Under the pieces are notes generated by a model. The model made no database searches. It was not told where the DNA came from and worked only from the letters and a program-made list of their open reading frames with translations. Below, in pieces: positions 1 through 14,614 of a stretch of DNA of 64,000 nucleotides (position 1 is the stretch's first letter; each line of letters starts with the position of its first letter). Made by a program: the position numbers and the translations under genes. The stretch is from assembly GCF_009914755.1 (NCBI RefSeq), contig NC_060925.1; one strand, given 5' to 3'. Source of the DNA: the human T2T-CHM13v2.0 reference genome, Homo sapiens.

Positions 1-195
1 ACTTCAACCAATTAAAGATTGTAGGAGTGAATTAGAGCCCCTTATGTTAAACCTTGTTTCTTGGAAGCCCTCCTGGAATTCCCTAAGATGCAGAGCTGAT
101 TAGCTTAGCTGGTCAGAATGTGAAGGTTTTAAAGCCAAAGTTATTATTTGGGCTGATATTTTAGACATTCTCTTCATTGGAAGAAGTACAATGTA

Positions 196-280
196 TTCAT
201 TCATTCATTCATTCACTCATTCATTCATTCACTCAGTGAATATCCATTGAAAACCTATTGTGTAACAGGATGCAGGAAAA
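196..280 (-). mobile_element. L2 3' end with (TTCA)n tail
   Basis: (cattcatt)n followed by a degenerate L2 terminal sequence in reverse orientation. Confidence 0.6.
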
Positions 281-2294
281 ACCTGAACTGGAGAGTCAGA
301 CACATCTGAGTTCAAATTCTAGTTTCTTGATCTGTGAGCTAACTAACACCTCATTCAGCTTTCCATCCAGGTGACATAACCACCCCAGCTTCCTTCCCTG
401 AATCTGCAGGTTAGGTTGGACATTTACTTCTCTGCTTTTGCAGCAACTTCTACACCGTCTGTTCTCATACCACATTATATGGAAATTATCCATTTGCAGT
501 CTGTCTCTCTCTCCAGATTGTAAAGTCATTGATAGAAAAGAGCTTCATTTCACATACTTTTTTACCCTTAGTGCCTGACATATATTAGAAATTAGACATA
601 TGTTTATTGCACTGAAAAGAACCTAATTGTGTGGCTTAATTTCCCTAAAGCATGTGTTTCTCATCTGTAAAATGAAGGTGATAAAAACATGCCTTGTGAG
701 TTTTTTGTGAAGATCAAATCAGATAATGTTTGAATGAGTGTTTTATAAATATGAAGTGCTTGCAAATACTAATAGTTGTTCTAATATCTGGATTGATTGC
801 GATTCAGTAGAAAACAAGCAGAAGAGAATCAAGAAAGTATGTGGAGGTGTCCTAGTCCACTTTTTCTAAACTGAATAACTGAACGAGGGGGATCTGGAGA
901 CTTCAGCTTCTGAGGCACAGTTTGGGTGTGTGGGGTTGACACGGGACAGAGGACCCTTTCCAGCAAGCTCGATGTCTCTGCCATTAGATTATATACTCAT
1001 AACAGTGGGGATATGTTTTATTAATTTCATTGCCCCTTTATTCACCCTAAGCATAACTAAGAAAGTGAATATGTAATAATTGGATTTCAATGGGCATTGC
1101 AAGGCCAAAGTCTCCTGCCCCCCAAATCTCCCAGTATCCCTGGCCTGTATGTATCTTTTCTTGAGAACCTGAATAATGGAACCATTAGATTGAAAACATA
1201 GATTGGGGAGAAGAGAGTGAGTTGAATTTGAAAAATGTTGAGTGTGACATCTGGCAGTCAAATATGCAGGGCTGACTCATTTCACTTTTCATGTGTCTGT
1301 TTTAGCTCACAAACTAGACATAGAGCTCATTGTACAGATTCCATAGTGCTTAATGCACTGGCTACCCCTTAAAAAACCTATAGAGCTTGCTGGAGGGGGT
1401 CCCCTATCTCATGTCAACTCAATAAATAAATATGTATGGATTTGTTGCAAAATATTGGATTTTCTTTTCCATGTAAGTAACAAAGAACTGCTGCAGATAT
1501 TTGAGCAGAGTTGTAAAATGATATGAATTTTGCTGTGAGAAAACTTGATCTTGCTGTAATGTATGAAAAAGACTAGAAGGGAAAGAAGTTGAGGGTGGAG
1601 AGTCTTGTTAGGAGGGCCAGGATAAGAGCAGGTGGGCGGTGAAGGAGGCTGCGGCAGAACCATGCCAAGCAGAATGGAGTGGAGGGGACTTGACTACACA
1701 AGAGGCTGGTGACTCAGCTTTCTGCCTAGTATTAGTCCTAGAGAAGTCTCCCTGCTCTGGGAAGACCGGTGTCTAGCCTCATGTGGCTTCGGAACAAAAG
1801 CCAGTGATTGCATCCAAGGGAAGATAATGAGAAACACACAGGCCGTGAAAATCAGGAAAGCACCACTAATCTTTTTGTTGCAAAACTTTACTTTTCAAAG
1901 TCCTGGGGAAGGGTGCAGAAGCCTCAGCACGTGGACTTGAGCCCTGTACTCGGAAATGCAAAATGGAAACCCCCTAATAAATCACAGAACTGAAAATATC
2001 CAAGAGTCTGAGAGGCTGGGGGAGGACAGGAGTGAGAAAAGGAAGGGGGCTGGAGTACTGATCAGAAGATAGGAGAAAGCAACAGTGCAAAATGCGGGGA
2101 AGGGCTGAGTAGACATTCAATTTAATCTGGACTTTTATTTTGCTACAAACTAATTTTATGAAGACTTTTTTTGCCCAAATATTAAATATTTATTAATTAA
2201 AGATATTAAAACAGGAAAAACTGCTTTCATTCAATAAAAACTCTAGTAATTCTTCCTAACTCCAGAATTGTATGTATATGTTTTACCTATTAAA

Positions 2295-2780
2295 TAATCA
2301 GAAATAGAAACAAATTAGACAAGATACGTGAATAACCTTAAAAATTTTCCATAATATTTGACTTAGGAACTTTAGTTTTATGAATGTACTCTAAGGAATA
2401 CCCTGAAAAGGACAAAATCTATACACAAAGATTATACACAAATTTATTATAGAATTATGTACTAAAAAACCCTAAATGACCAGCCTTGAGTATATGGTTA
2501 AATATATAAGTTATAAGCCTTTGGGTTTTGAGAGTTTTAGATAACACAAGAAGGTATTTATGATATTATATTAAATCAAGATAAAAGTCACAATGTAATA
2601 TAAAGATATACAATCAATGATGTAAAAGTACATAGAAGAAAACTCTAATGAAAATATGCCAAATTGTTAACTATGATGACTTTTAGGTTACAGAATTATG
2701 GGACCATTTTTGTTTCCTTATGCAATTGAAAAGTCATAAATGAGCATGCATCACTTTTTCATCAGAAAAATAAATGAGTT
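2295..2780 (+). mobile_element. Old L1M 3' fragment
   Basis: A-rich sequence resembling the L1MC/ME 3' region (aaaatatgccaaattgttaac... ggttacagaattatggg). Confidence 0.55.
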
Positions 2781-4679
2781 ACATATTTTTTTAAAGGGAA
2801 GATATTGTAAAGGAATATTTGTTGACAGAATGCATTAAAAAACCTAGGTAATTTCCTTATTTCCCTGGGATTCTGAGAATTTTTTTACTCTTGGGAATAT
2901 CTTTCCTTGCTCTTAGTTATTTTCATATGTTAGTCTTGTTCCTGGGGATAAAAAATGGTAAGTTTGCTATTTGAGCTCTGCTCGAACATATGGAGTAGTT
3001 CTCTCTTACATATACAGAATTGGTTTGACATTCAAGGTCTTTCAGAGTCAAATCCCAATTGATCTTCCCAATTTCACTTCCCTTAGTTTCCTACGTATAT
3101 TTTCTACACAAATCAAAAACCTTTTCAGACTTCCTATTTCTTGTACATGTCCATAACCTCCCCTTTCTGAAACTCTACTTGTTCCTGGGGACAGAATGTT
3201 CACAGAGCATGCGTTAAACATCATAAAGTGGATCGGGAGCCTCTTTTAACATAAGGCTGTGTGATTTTGACAAGGCAGTTAGCTCACCCTCTAGATCTCA
3301 GATGGAACACCTGTAAAACAAGGGACTATGTTGTAGATGGTTGCCAACATTCCTTGCAGTGCTACAGCTGAGTGAACCTTGTTCCCTCATGGCCCTAGGT
3401 GTGCTCATTCATCTGCCTGCACCTTGTCTCAGGTTCCCACTGCATCTTAAGTGGCCCCTGCCCACCCCACTGTCAAATTTGACCCTTCCTAGCTCATGTA
3501 CCATTTCCTTTATAATGCCGTCCTCAGTGATTCTGATTAACAGGGACTTGCATGTATGATTTTTTTTTTTTTTTGCCACTCATACAGGCTGCCTTTTATC
3601 AAAACTATGGCACATGTCAATGATATAACAGATAATATCATTTGAATAAAAAGTCAACTCCATGGGGAGGAAAAAAACCTACTTAAGTGAGCTTTAGAGA
3701 TAAAGGTGAACACTTCTCTAAATCCTTTGTTTATGGTCTGTTAATCAATAAAGTCCAATCTGTGATCCCCAGATACATAAGAGGAGAAGGATATGTAGAC
3801 TATTTATGATATTTCTGAAAATCCTAAGAAAAATCACACACAGGCCCACAGTAAGTCTATGTTTCTTTATTTTGAGTCAGAGGATTTCTTTTTTCCATTT
3901 TTAACCAGTATAAATTGGTTTAAACTTCATCTCTTGAATAACTCCTAACATGACCAGAGCCCTTTTCTTCCTTCAAATTTCCACAAATGCATTGCTCCCC
4001 TTTTTTCTTTTCACCACCCATATGTCCATGTTGGACAAAAACCATGAAGGAAGGAGGTTGAGAAACTGTGTACCAAAACGCCAAGAGCATCTTTGCCATG
4101 TTCCAGCACAAAGGGCACTGTTAGAAGGAGGTGATCAGAGTCATCTTCTGACTCAACCTCACAAGAGGAGTCAGGTTAGATGAACAGTTCCCAACTATTT
4201 ACTCTCCTCTCTCTCTCATTCTCTCTCTCGCATTCTTTTTCCTTCTGTTTTTTATTAGCAGCACAAAAGATTTTGAAGTGCTTAAGGGCAGAAAGCTTGC
4301 CTTGTTCATCTATGCAGCTCTTGCTGGGACCAAGTATGGTGCTAAACACACGGTAGACATTCAGTAAGTATTTGTGGAATGAATGAATGAGCAAATGAAG
4401 GACAGGTGTGGCTTCGATGGCAATGGGTCAGTGTGAACTCCGGAAAGAGTATGCAGAGTTATAGTCAAAGTGTATGATGGATCATTGCTCTGACTTACTA
4501 GTTATGTAATCTTGAGTAAACCCCTTTATCACTGTGGGATTAATTTCCCCAGCTGTTGAAAAAATGTGTGTGGGGGAAAGGGGGAGGGTTAGTGATTAAA
4601 AATGTGTTCCATAAGGAGCATGTATGTAAAATCATCTGGCACATGGTTGCAGCTGAATAGCTGGCATTTATGTAGCACT

Positions 4680-5230
4680 TTATTTTTTCTGCATTTTTTA
4701 AAAATTAAAAACCTGAAAATTGTTAAGTTGTACTAACCTCAAATCTCACCACTTAAGAATTATATAAAATAAGAAGTAAAATTTCTCTTCCCAGCCAACT
4801 TTTCTAATTCCCCAGAGATAACTACTTTTCTTAACATTTAAGTTTGATGTTTATCCTTCTTGACATTTTTCTAAAGTTTCATATATATATATTTTTTATA
4901 ATTATTTAATATATATGTAAACTCATGAATATATATATGCAAACTCATAAATATATATATATATATCTCCATGCAACTTTGGATGGAGATATATATACAC
5001 ACATATCATTTTCAAAATGGAACTATTCATATATGTCTATCTATCTATCTATCTATCAATCATCTATCTATCTCCAAGTCAATTATTTTTGAATGATGGC
5101 AGAATCATTTGTTGTTTGAATATACCATATTTTGCTGCCAGTCCCCCAGTTCCAGTGTTTTGTGATTACAAACAATAATGCAAGGGTCTTCCTTGTACAT
5201 CTATATCTGTAAGCTTTTGTACAGTACTTA
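4680..5230 (-). mobile_element. Old L1M 3' fragment containing (TA)n and (TCTA)n microsatellites
   Basis: L1ME-like motifs (cccagagataactac; aaaatggaactatt; tgattacaaacaataatgca); (TCTA)n at about 5037-5072. Confidence 0.55.
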
Positions 5231-6043
5231 CTTTAGTAATAAGGCACTTGAACACTTATTATTCTCTTTACTCATAACCACCACAAGAAGAAAGGACAGA
5301 AATTGTTATTCTGTGTTACAGATGAAGAAAAAGGAGAGCTAAAGGGGGCAACTGGCTTGGCCAGAGACCCACACAGATAGACTATGGCAGACCCCGTGTT
5401 TCCCAGTGGCTTGAATTTTTGTCCAGAGCTCTTTTTGTCACACTGCAATAAAGCACAAGTCAACAGGAAACCTTTACAACCAGGCAGAGAAGCTTGGATC
5501 AGGGAGCAGGCAGTCACACTAAATTGTAGAAAAGAACAAACACACACACACAAACAAGAAGCTCGAGGCCAAACACATTTAAAGGATATTATTTGGAAGA
5601 AATGCACTGGTGGTGAGTGAGGGACCAGCATAAGAAGAGCTGTCCTTTAACTAGTTACCATGTTTTATGCAATGTTCTCAATATGATATCCAAATGATTA
5701 GGATGGCTTAGATTGCATAAATGAGGCAGGAGAATGACAAAGGACACCCCCACAACCCCAACAATGACACTACCCCTCTCCCTCAAGGGAAGTGTCTAGG
5801 GAAGGCCAGTCAGCATCTGGTTAGGCTTGGCCTTAATTGTCATCTTCCTCAATTATCTGCAGGAAATATTAGCTGTTATTAAAATTTGCAGATGCAGTCA
5901 ATTGTCAGAGTCACTGGAGACCAAGAATTATTACTCAGAGCATTGGAGAGAGGCTGGAAAGAAAAAGAACAATTCAGCCTGGAAAAATGTAAACTAATGG
6001 ATAAAGTGAGGTAGGGGGAGTGGGGGAAGAATTTAGAGGGATA

Positions 6044-6160
6044 AGGCCAGTAGTAGGGTGAGGCAGTGAAGCACTCCCCTGGAGTACAAACTTTAAGGGG
6101 ATGCCAAAAACTCAGCTATCAAGATAAATAAAATTTTAATTCAATATTGAAAAAAATCAA
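6044..6160 (+). mobile_element. hAT-Tip100 DNA transposon relic (MER96B-like), followed by a MER58-like fragment to about 6220
   Basis: gccagtagtagggtgaggcagtgaagcactc...tttaaggggatgccaaaaactcagctatcaagataaataaaattttaa resembles the MER96B terminus. Confidence 0.6.
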
Positions 6161-6377
6161 GTTGGCAAATGACAGCCTGTGGGCCAGCAGCCTGTTTGTA
6201 AATACAATTTTATTGGAAAGCCACTGGAAGTAAAGGTACTGTGGCAGGGGAGATCCAGGCTAATTCTTTGATGTGAAAACCCTGGTTAGGCTTGTGAATG
6301 TTAGACACATTAGACCTTAGCTTGTGATTGATGGGAAAAATATTTCTGAAGAAAAGGAATAATGGATCTGACTGCTT

Positions 6378-6892
6378 TTATGGGTTTCCTGGGGTTACTG
6401 TAACAAGTGATCACAAACTGGGTGGCTTAGGACAACAGATATTGATTGTCTCACAGTTCTGGAGGCTAGAAGTCCAAGATCAAGGTGTCAGCAGGGCCAT
6501 ATTCCCTCTGAAGGTTCTAGAGAAGCATCTTTCTTTGACATCTAATTTTTGATGGCTCTTGCAATCACTCCAATCTCTGCCTTGATGTTTACATACTCTT
6601 CATTGTGTATGTCTCTCTGTCTTTGTGTCCGTCTCTCTGTCTTTGTGTCCACATCTTTTTCTCCTTTCCCTTAGATCCTAGTCATTGGGTGACATCCCAA
6701 TCCAGATAACCTCATTTTAACTTGGTAACATCTGCAAAGACCCTAGTTTCAAATAAGATTACATTCCTAAGATTACCTATGAATATAACCTTAACTCTTT
6801 GGTTCCTTATTTGGAAATAGGGTCTTTCTTGGACACGATTCAACCCACCACACTGTTAAAGATATCTTTCTAGGACACAATTCAACCCACCA
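6378..6892 (-). mobile_element. MaLR LTR (MLT1B/C-like) with rearranged end
   Basis: cacaaactgggtggctta...tctcacagttctggaggctagaagtccaagatcaaggtgtcagcaggg...catctgcaaagaccct. Confidence 0.85.
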
Positions 6893-8078
6893 TGCTATTA
6901 AATAGGTAGGGATGGGGAGAGATTTGACTTAGGCGCAGCAGAAACATTATCCATTCACAGAAATCTGGCAGCGGAGTCAGGGGCAGACTCCTGACATGAT
7001 TTAAATACCTAAGAAAATATTTAAGGAAAAGTACTTTAGTTCCTTTGGGGCGCAAATATTATAACCTTTGCTCATGTCACATGGTGACAAATACATGCAG
7101 GATTTTTAAGGGTAGTTCTGATTTCAAACATGCAAACAATAGTGACTGGAAATATTTTTACTAAATTTTATATTCCTTTTGTTACTATTTTATTCTTCTC
7201 AATGTAAGCAACTTATTAAATTATTACTATAACCGAATATAACAACTTTTAGATATTTTTCACAAAAATTCACCAACCGGGGAAAAACGTTGTTTGTAAA
7301 ATGCAGTATTCTGATTTTTAATTTATGAAATATGGCTGTTATGCTTCTGAAGCCTGTTCAAAGGCTATGAAACAATGGAGATGATCGAATACCATTAGAA
7401 TTTTAAGTAAGTTGAAATGTAAATGGGAAACAAATCTATTTTCTCCCATTTTCCAAACACATCACAGTCAAGTCCAAAAATTTGAATGTTACATGGCTTT
7501 TTAGTGAACACTTTTGTTATAAACATGCGTGTGTAGGTATACTTAATTGTATCAGCAACAATAACATTAGTTATTTTAATTATTGTATCACCAATCCTAA
7601 TCACTAATCAATAAATGTATACTCATTAATTAATAATTCAATAATAATGGCTAATATTTATGAAGTGCTTATGTGCTAGACAGAAGAATTGATCCCTTTA
7701 TGTGAATTATTTAATTTATGAATACAGTAATTCTTCCTTAGAATTGGTATTCTGTTTATTTGGGCTTGAAATGTTCTACATATTATTTTTCCTGCTTTTG
7801 GTCAGGAGTCACCAGCCCATTTAAAGAGAGACAGCTGTATCTTTCTGTAACTGGGCTATTTTCTCTATGAGTGCATTAATGTTAACAGAGAAGCATGGCC
7901 AGCAAGGGCTGCTAGCACAAAGTGAAGGGCCCTGCTGTGATGAACAGAGAAATTGGGAACTTTATCATTGCTGCTATAGACATTATCAACTAATAACACG
8001 TTTTTAAAATTCCTGAAAAGAGTTTGCTTTCTAAAGGTTAAAAAGGTTTAAGTTCTCCCTGTAATTTTGTTTATATAG

Positions 8079-8399
<321 letters not shown>

Positions 8400-8409
8400 A
8401 CAGCTCTCC

Positions 8410-8598
8410 ATTTTAAGGCTTTGCAATTGATTGAATCAGGCTCGTTCAGGTTACCTAGGATGATCTTCCTCACGTAAAGTCAACCCATGATGGATTCTAA
8501 TCGGTCTACAGAACTTCTTCACAGCAACACCTAGATCAGTGTTTCAGTAACTGGGGTCTACAGCCTAGCCAAGCTGACAGATCAGAAGAGCCATGACA
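8410..8598 (-). mobile_element. ERVL LTR fragment (MLT2-like)
   Basis: cttcacagcaacacctagatcagtgttt...cctagccaagctgaca matches the MLT2 terminal region. Confidence 0.7.
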
Positions 8599-9659
8599 AC
8601 AATGATAAAAGAAACTGTTGCCCTCTAGTTTCCTCCTGGGCATTAATAATTTAGCTAATATAAACCCAAATACTTTGGATACGATTGACTGAATTCAGCT
8701 TTGCTGATGCCTCTGATTTCAGTTGCTTTAACCAAATGCAAACCCCTAGTGCTTCTGTTGTCTGTTGATACCCAGAGGCTCATGTGATCTGGAAGGGTAA
8801 GTGGCTTCTCTCTGATTTGCCAGAAGAAAGTGGTTATGTTAGCTGAGGAGCCAGAACACTAATTTCAGTGATTTGACTCTGGTACAAGTGGTGGGAGGCC
8901 CGAGGGTGGGATGCTGCTTTTTCCTTTGGCCCTGGTAAACATTTTATGCTTGTTATGGTGGTTGAAATGCTGTATTTAACCTTTTCTTCATGTGCCAGGA
9001 GGTTCACAGTAAATGAGGGGTGTGGTCTGTGAAGGGAAAAGTGGCTGTGGCTTGGCCTCTTTGTACCCTGTCAGCACACGTACACGCATGGTCTGTAACA
9101 TGTGAACCTATCACGTGGGAACTCATTACTGAGCTGTGAGGGCTGCCCCTGAGGAGCTGGGGGCAGTGGTCGGGAGAGGAGAAGGTCGTGGGGCACAGTA
9201 GAAATGGCACCGGACTGGGAATGAGTTCCTACTGCCAACTTCTCATCAGCTCAGTTCCTACAGTCCTCTACTTACTCCTTCGTTGCCCAGGACATTTATT
9301 TAATGCCAGGCTAAGCACAAGGCTTCCAGGATTCAGCAGTGAACAAGACAGATGCTACCCTTGCCCTTTTGGAGCTGACTGTTGAGCAATTTTAATAAAT
9401 AGCAATGATCATATCATTAGCATTTCCCGAGGGTTACCATGTCCCAAATGTGTGAGTTATGATAGAGGAAGATGGGGTTATTCTAGGTGAAGGCCGAGAA
9501 GCTTCTGGGAGGCAGTGACTAATAACTACTGCCTTTTTTACTTTGGAGTCATGTCCTTTCTGTGACTCCCCTTTCCTTCTCCTCTGTGTTCTCTCCCTTG
9601 GCCTTGTCAGGCTGCCCCTGGCTTTGGTTCTCTCTTCCTAGTCTCCTTTCTAATTAGCC

Positions 9660-10110
9660 TTTCTAGCCCAATAAATTAAGCTCTTGTCTGGAATCTCTAG
9701 CTGCCTGATGGACAACTCCTCGTGAAAGCCCTCAGTATCTCAAAGACACAACATCTGTGAAGAACTCAACTCTTCCATTGTATTCTTCCTTCCCTTTCCT
9801 GTCTCTGATAATGTTATCACAATTCGTTTTGTCATTTAGGTCAAAAACATAGTCATCTTTGACCTACCTTCCCTATCATACCTACCAGTCACTCAGCCCT
9901 ACCCTGTCTATTCCCATGATGTCTCTCATCTCTCCCTCCATTTGTTTGTCACTCTCAATGGTCAGACTGTCTTGGTCACTTTTCTGGGCAATTGCTATAG
10001 TTTAATGCTTGCAGTTTTCCCTCAACTTTAGTTCATCCTCTTTAGAGCTACCAGAGCACATACTCTTGATACATCTTCTTGCGTCACTCTGTTGCTCAAA
10101 AGCCTTCAGT
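9660..10110 (+). mobile_element. L2 fragment
   Basis: ctctagctgcctgatggacaactcc...gtcatctttgac...aaagccttcagtgg. Confidence 0.6.
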
Positions 10111-10124
10111 GGACCACTGCTGGG

Positions 10125-10330
10125 CTCTGCAGCCAGGTGCTTGTGTTCTAAACCTGGCTCTGTCACTTACCAGCTTGGTAACTGGCAAATTATTAACCAT
10201 TCTGTGCTTCTATTATTTCATCTATAAAACAATTGTGTCTGTCTCATAGAGTTGTGATGGGGATTAAATGAGTCAACATGTAAGTAGTGCTTATAAAAAA
10301 AAGTCTGACATAATTTTAGCATTCCGTCCA
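10125..10330 (+). mobile_element. MIR
   Basis: cctggctctgtcacttaccagcttgg...catctataaaa...gagttgtgatggggattaaatgag. Confidence 0.75.
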
Positions 10331-11576
10331 GGTAGATGCTCTGGCTCCTGGTCCTCCACATTTTCCCTCTTGTGCCTTGACTTTTTGCGTTTCTAACTTT
10401 TCCCTGTTATATTTCTGAATAGTTTTTTGCAAAGTAGTGCACAAATTAGTGCCTGGATCTACACAAACTACATCATACATGATGCTCTTGTCTTTCTTCA
10501 TATTCTTTTAAAGACTATATGTTATATATTTAAACACATATGCATATTTATACTAAACTAAGTATATATATGTATACACAGATATACATATAGATTCATG
10601 TATACTTTATTGTTTCTTCATTAATTGACCAAATGTTTTGATGGTGCCTCTAAATAAGTAGTACTTAGGCAAATCTCCACTCATAGTATTGTGGTAAAAG
10701 ATTAACTTTTGAAAACTGCCCAGAGAACAGCTTTCTATCACATTAATCATGAGATACAGTTTTGTTTTTTCCAATGTTCTGGCGGCCATTCTCATGAGGA
10801 TGGACTGTGCTGACTGATCTCAGTGAAAGTTACCAGTGGGCATGTTCTCGGGGCCTCTCTGTCCCCATGAAGCATCCCCACTCAGAGACATGGAAAACCT
10901 GTGAGATGAGCTCATACAAATGATTTCTGGGATGAAAATAGCAATGTGAGATAGTGCCAGGAACTTCAGGTTCACAGAGTATAATTAAGATTTTTCCTGA
11001 ATCATTGCACACTGTAATTTCATCACATCATTATGTACGTTCTTTAATTATGGGCTCTAATTGCCCATTTTAGTTCTGTAATTAGACATAAAGACATTAA
11101 TTTTGTAGGTATAACAATCAGCTCAAATGTACTTCCAAATTCTTTCCCCTACCTTTCAAGAAAAATTAATACATCATTAAAAAGTTTGTGCACAGAAGAG
11201 CCTCTTAGAGGGCAGCTTTTGGGAGCCAGTTGGTGTTCTCAAAGGTGGGGCCCCAGTTCAGAAAGGGTATGGGAACATCACCCTCTTATATTCCCCATAA
11301 ACTGTGTTGCTTCATGTCAGATAGACCCTGCTGGGTCCAGGGCAGGGAAGAGCTCCATTAATTCACATAGGGCCGATTTCTCTTAATCGTAAAATTTTAA
11401 GGTGACATCAATGCTTAATGAGTCATGGGAGAGGAATGAACTAATGTTAGGGCAACTCTGGCTTTTTATTTCTCTTGTGTCCTATTAAAAGATGAGAAGA
11501 TGAAGCATTTTAGGCTCATGGGGTTTGTATTTTTCATTTGTGCATGGGTAGCTGATTATCATCTGTCATTATGTGC

Positions 11577-11632
<56 letters not shown>
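11577..11632. repeat. Compound (GT)n(GA)n microsatellite
   Basis: Directly visible. Confidence 0.95.
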
Positions 11633-11635
<3 letters not shown>

Positions 11636-11718
11636 CAAGAGAGAGCCAGAATCTGTTTTTTAAGAACTCTCAATGATTCAGATCTCCATTTTTTCCCTTC
11701 ACCTACAGCACTTTAGTT

Positions 11719-11750
11719 AAAACAAAACAAAACAAAACAAAACAAAAAAA
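11719..11750. repeat. (AAAAC)n microsatellite
   Basis: Directly visible. Confidence 0.9.
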
Positions 11751-11899
11751 CCGACGAGTTCCAGCATTTCCCCCCATGGACCATGCTATGTCCATTTCAG
11801 CCGACACATTTTACATGTGTCTCTATTTGCCTCCACTTACAAATCCAAGGAAAAAAAGGCAGTGTGGTAGAGTAGAAAGAGCCTTAGTAAGGGTCCTGG

Positions 11900-12480
11900 C
11901 CCCTTTTTCTTCCCTTTTTACACATACTCTCTCTCTAGGTAATCTCTCTATTCTCGTCCTTAAAGGCCGTTTATATGCTTTTGTCCCTCCAATTTATATC
12001 TCTAGCTCAGGCCTCATCTCTGAGCTCCAGATTAGATAACAATCAGAATGCTTATTTCTACTTGGATGATTTACAGATAATTTAAGCTTGCTGTGTTCAA
12101 AGCTGGGTTTACTTTCCTCCAAATGTATTGCTTTTCTATTCTTCCCAAACTCAATAAATGGCAAAACCATCCATTCAAGTACTCAAGCTGAGTCATCCTT
12201 GATTATTCTTTCGACATATGAGCCATCAGCAAGGCTTGTTTCACCCTCCAGAACCTATCTTCAATCTGTCTGTTTCCCTCTCCCTCAATTCAGGCTGCAA
12301 TCCCAATGCAGAGTGTTCAGTAAAGCAAAAGGGGTGGTCTGCTCTCACCAAAAGCAATTTGCGTGCTCTTAATTCACGGATGGATTACCTAGCACTTAAC
12401 ACAGACCCAGATATATTTGGTACTCAGTAATATACACTGAAGAATGAATGAGTGAGTTAATGAATTAATGAATGAATAAC
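11900..12480 (+). mobile_element. L2 fragments ending in (TGAA)n tail
   Basis: ccaatttatatctctagctcaggcctcatctctgagctccagatt... and terminal gaatgaatgagtgag. Confidence 0.7.
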
Positions 12481-12832
12481 AGAAACTCTACCTCCTAGGA
12501 CTTAATAATACAGAGCAGGATTAACCTGCTTTCATAAGTAATCAGTGAACCTGGTAAAGTGTGACATTTATCTTTTGGTGAAAGCAGCTCACCCCTTTTG
12601 CTTTACTGTTTCACCAGCAATCTCTGTTTTATTTTTACCTGTTCTTTTGGACACACAATTTAGTCAGAAATTTGCACCTGAGTCTTACTTCTGCCACCTG
12701 CTAGTATAAAGATCAACTGGTGCAGAGCACTATACAGAGATTATTTATTGTTTGCTACAATGTTGGATATAGAGTTTCCTCTCTAGGACCTCTTTAACTG
12801 GGAGGGATAAAAATGGCACAACTAAATTTTCA

Positions 12833-13155
<323 letters not shown>

Positions 13156-14614
13156 GTAGAGGAGAAACATTGCTTCATTCAGAAAGTGCTTCCTAAGAGA
13201 TTCCCATGGTCCAGGGATGATGCTGGATGGTGGAGATGTAGAATAATGTAGAGATTACAGGGTAGCGGGGATGGGGATGCACTTGTAAGCCAATGAGTAG
13301 AAGAAAGGGGTTCTGGCGGTGGCACAGCAGCAACCACAGGACGAAAGCAACTGCAGAGGACATGTGCTCAATTCTGTGAGGGGACGATGGCGGGACATGG
13401 AAGGGTCCTGATCATGTCGATGTTGATGGCAAGTCTACCAGTCAAAAGGAACAGGTGAGCAAGGGCCTGTAGCCTGGAGGTGGCTTGGGGCTTTCAAGGA
13501 ACCACTTTGTTAGACCTGCTAAAGCATGTGTTTCAAAGAGAATGTACCCAGCTCGAAGACTTGCACATTGTAGGCACTTAGCTAATATCTGTTTAATAAA
13601 TGGATAAGTGAATATAAGTGGCAGAAAGACAGCTGAGTTGCTGGGACAGGTGAGATCATGGAAGGCCTTGTGTATCATGCTAGGATCAGTAATGGGAAGT
13701 AGAGAAGTGGTCAATGAAGTTTTATTTAAGCAGAAAAGAGACCCTATTGGGTTGAGTTTTAGAAAAATCCCTGTGGCTGCAGAAAAGAGGATGGTTTGGT
13801 GGGAATGAGACTGAAGTCATGAGCACAGACAGGAAGGGTAACTGAACATTTTGAGAGAGCTGAAAGTGTAGACAGGAAGGGTGTTCAAAGATTGTTGGAG
13901 TTCAGAGAGAAGTCCTCGGCCTGGCCTAGCAGTGTAGACAGCCAAAGACAGACAAGTAGTGGAATGTCACATTCTAGTAACTGATTGAAATGTGTGTGTG
14001 TTTATAGGCAAGTGAGTTGAAAACTGTGTGTGTGCTTAAGTTGGAATGTACATGTGCATATATGAAGGTGATTTGAAGTGTGTGTGTGTGTGAATGCAGT
14101 GTGTGGTAGTGCATTGGAACGTGTGTGTGTTTACATGAGTGCAAGTGGACAGTCAAGAATGGTGTCTAACACTTACCTATTTGGTCTAAAGGCTCATAAA
14201 ACTTCTGCCTTACTCCTGGTCACATGCTCCAAGTCACAAGCAGAAATGGGCAGAACAGCTCGGCCTTGTAATTCCAGCCTGACTCACACTAAGCTGTTTC
14301 CAACCAAGTGAATTAATTTCTCCCTCCTTATGCCCACACAGCACTTTCCTCTACAACAATTGTTACACCACTGTTGTTATTAGTTTATATAATACTTTAC
14401 CCCCTGCTAGGCTGTGAAATCCTGAAGGAGGAGAAAATATGTTATGTATCATTTATCTCCAGAGTCTAGCTCATTCAGGCACATGCTAAGTTCTCAGCTA
14501 ATGTCTGTTGAACGAACTAAAAGAATAGGCACACTTTTATAGCTTATTAAGCTCAAACATAGACTCCAAAGCAAAATCTCATCATTGCCTCTTGCACATT
14601 TTGGAAACAACAGC

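Noticed and set aside
5529-5618. Strong donor GTG|GTGAGT at 5613
   Set aside because: No convincing paired acceptor or promoter; such motifs are frequent in long introns.
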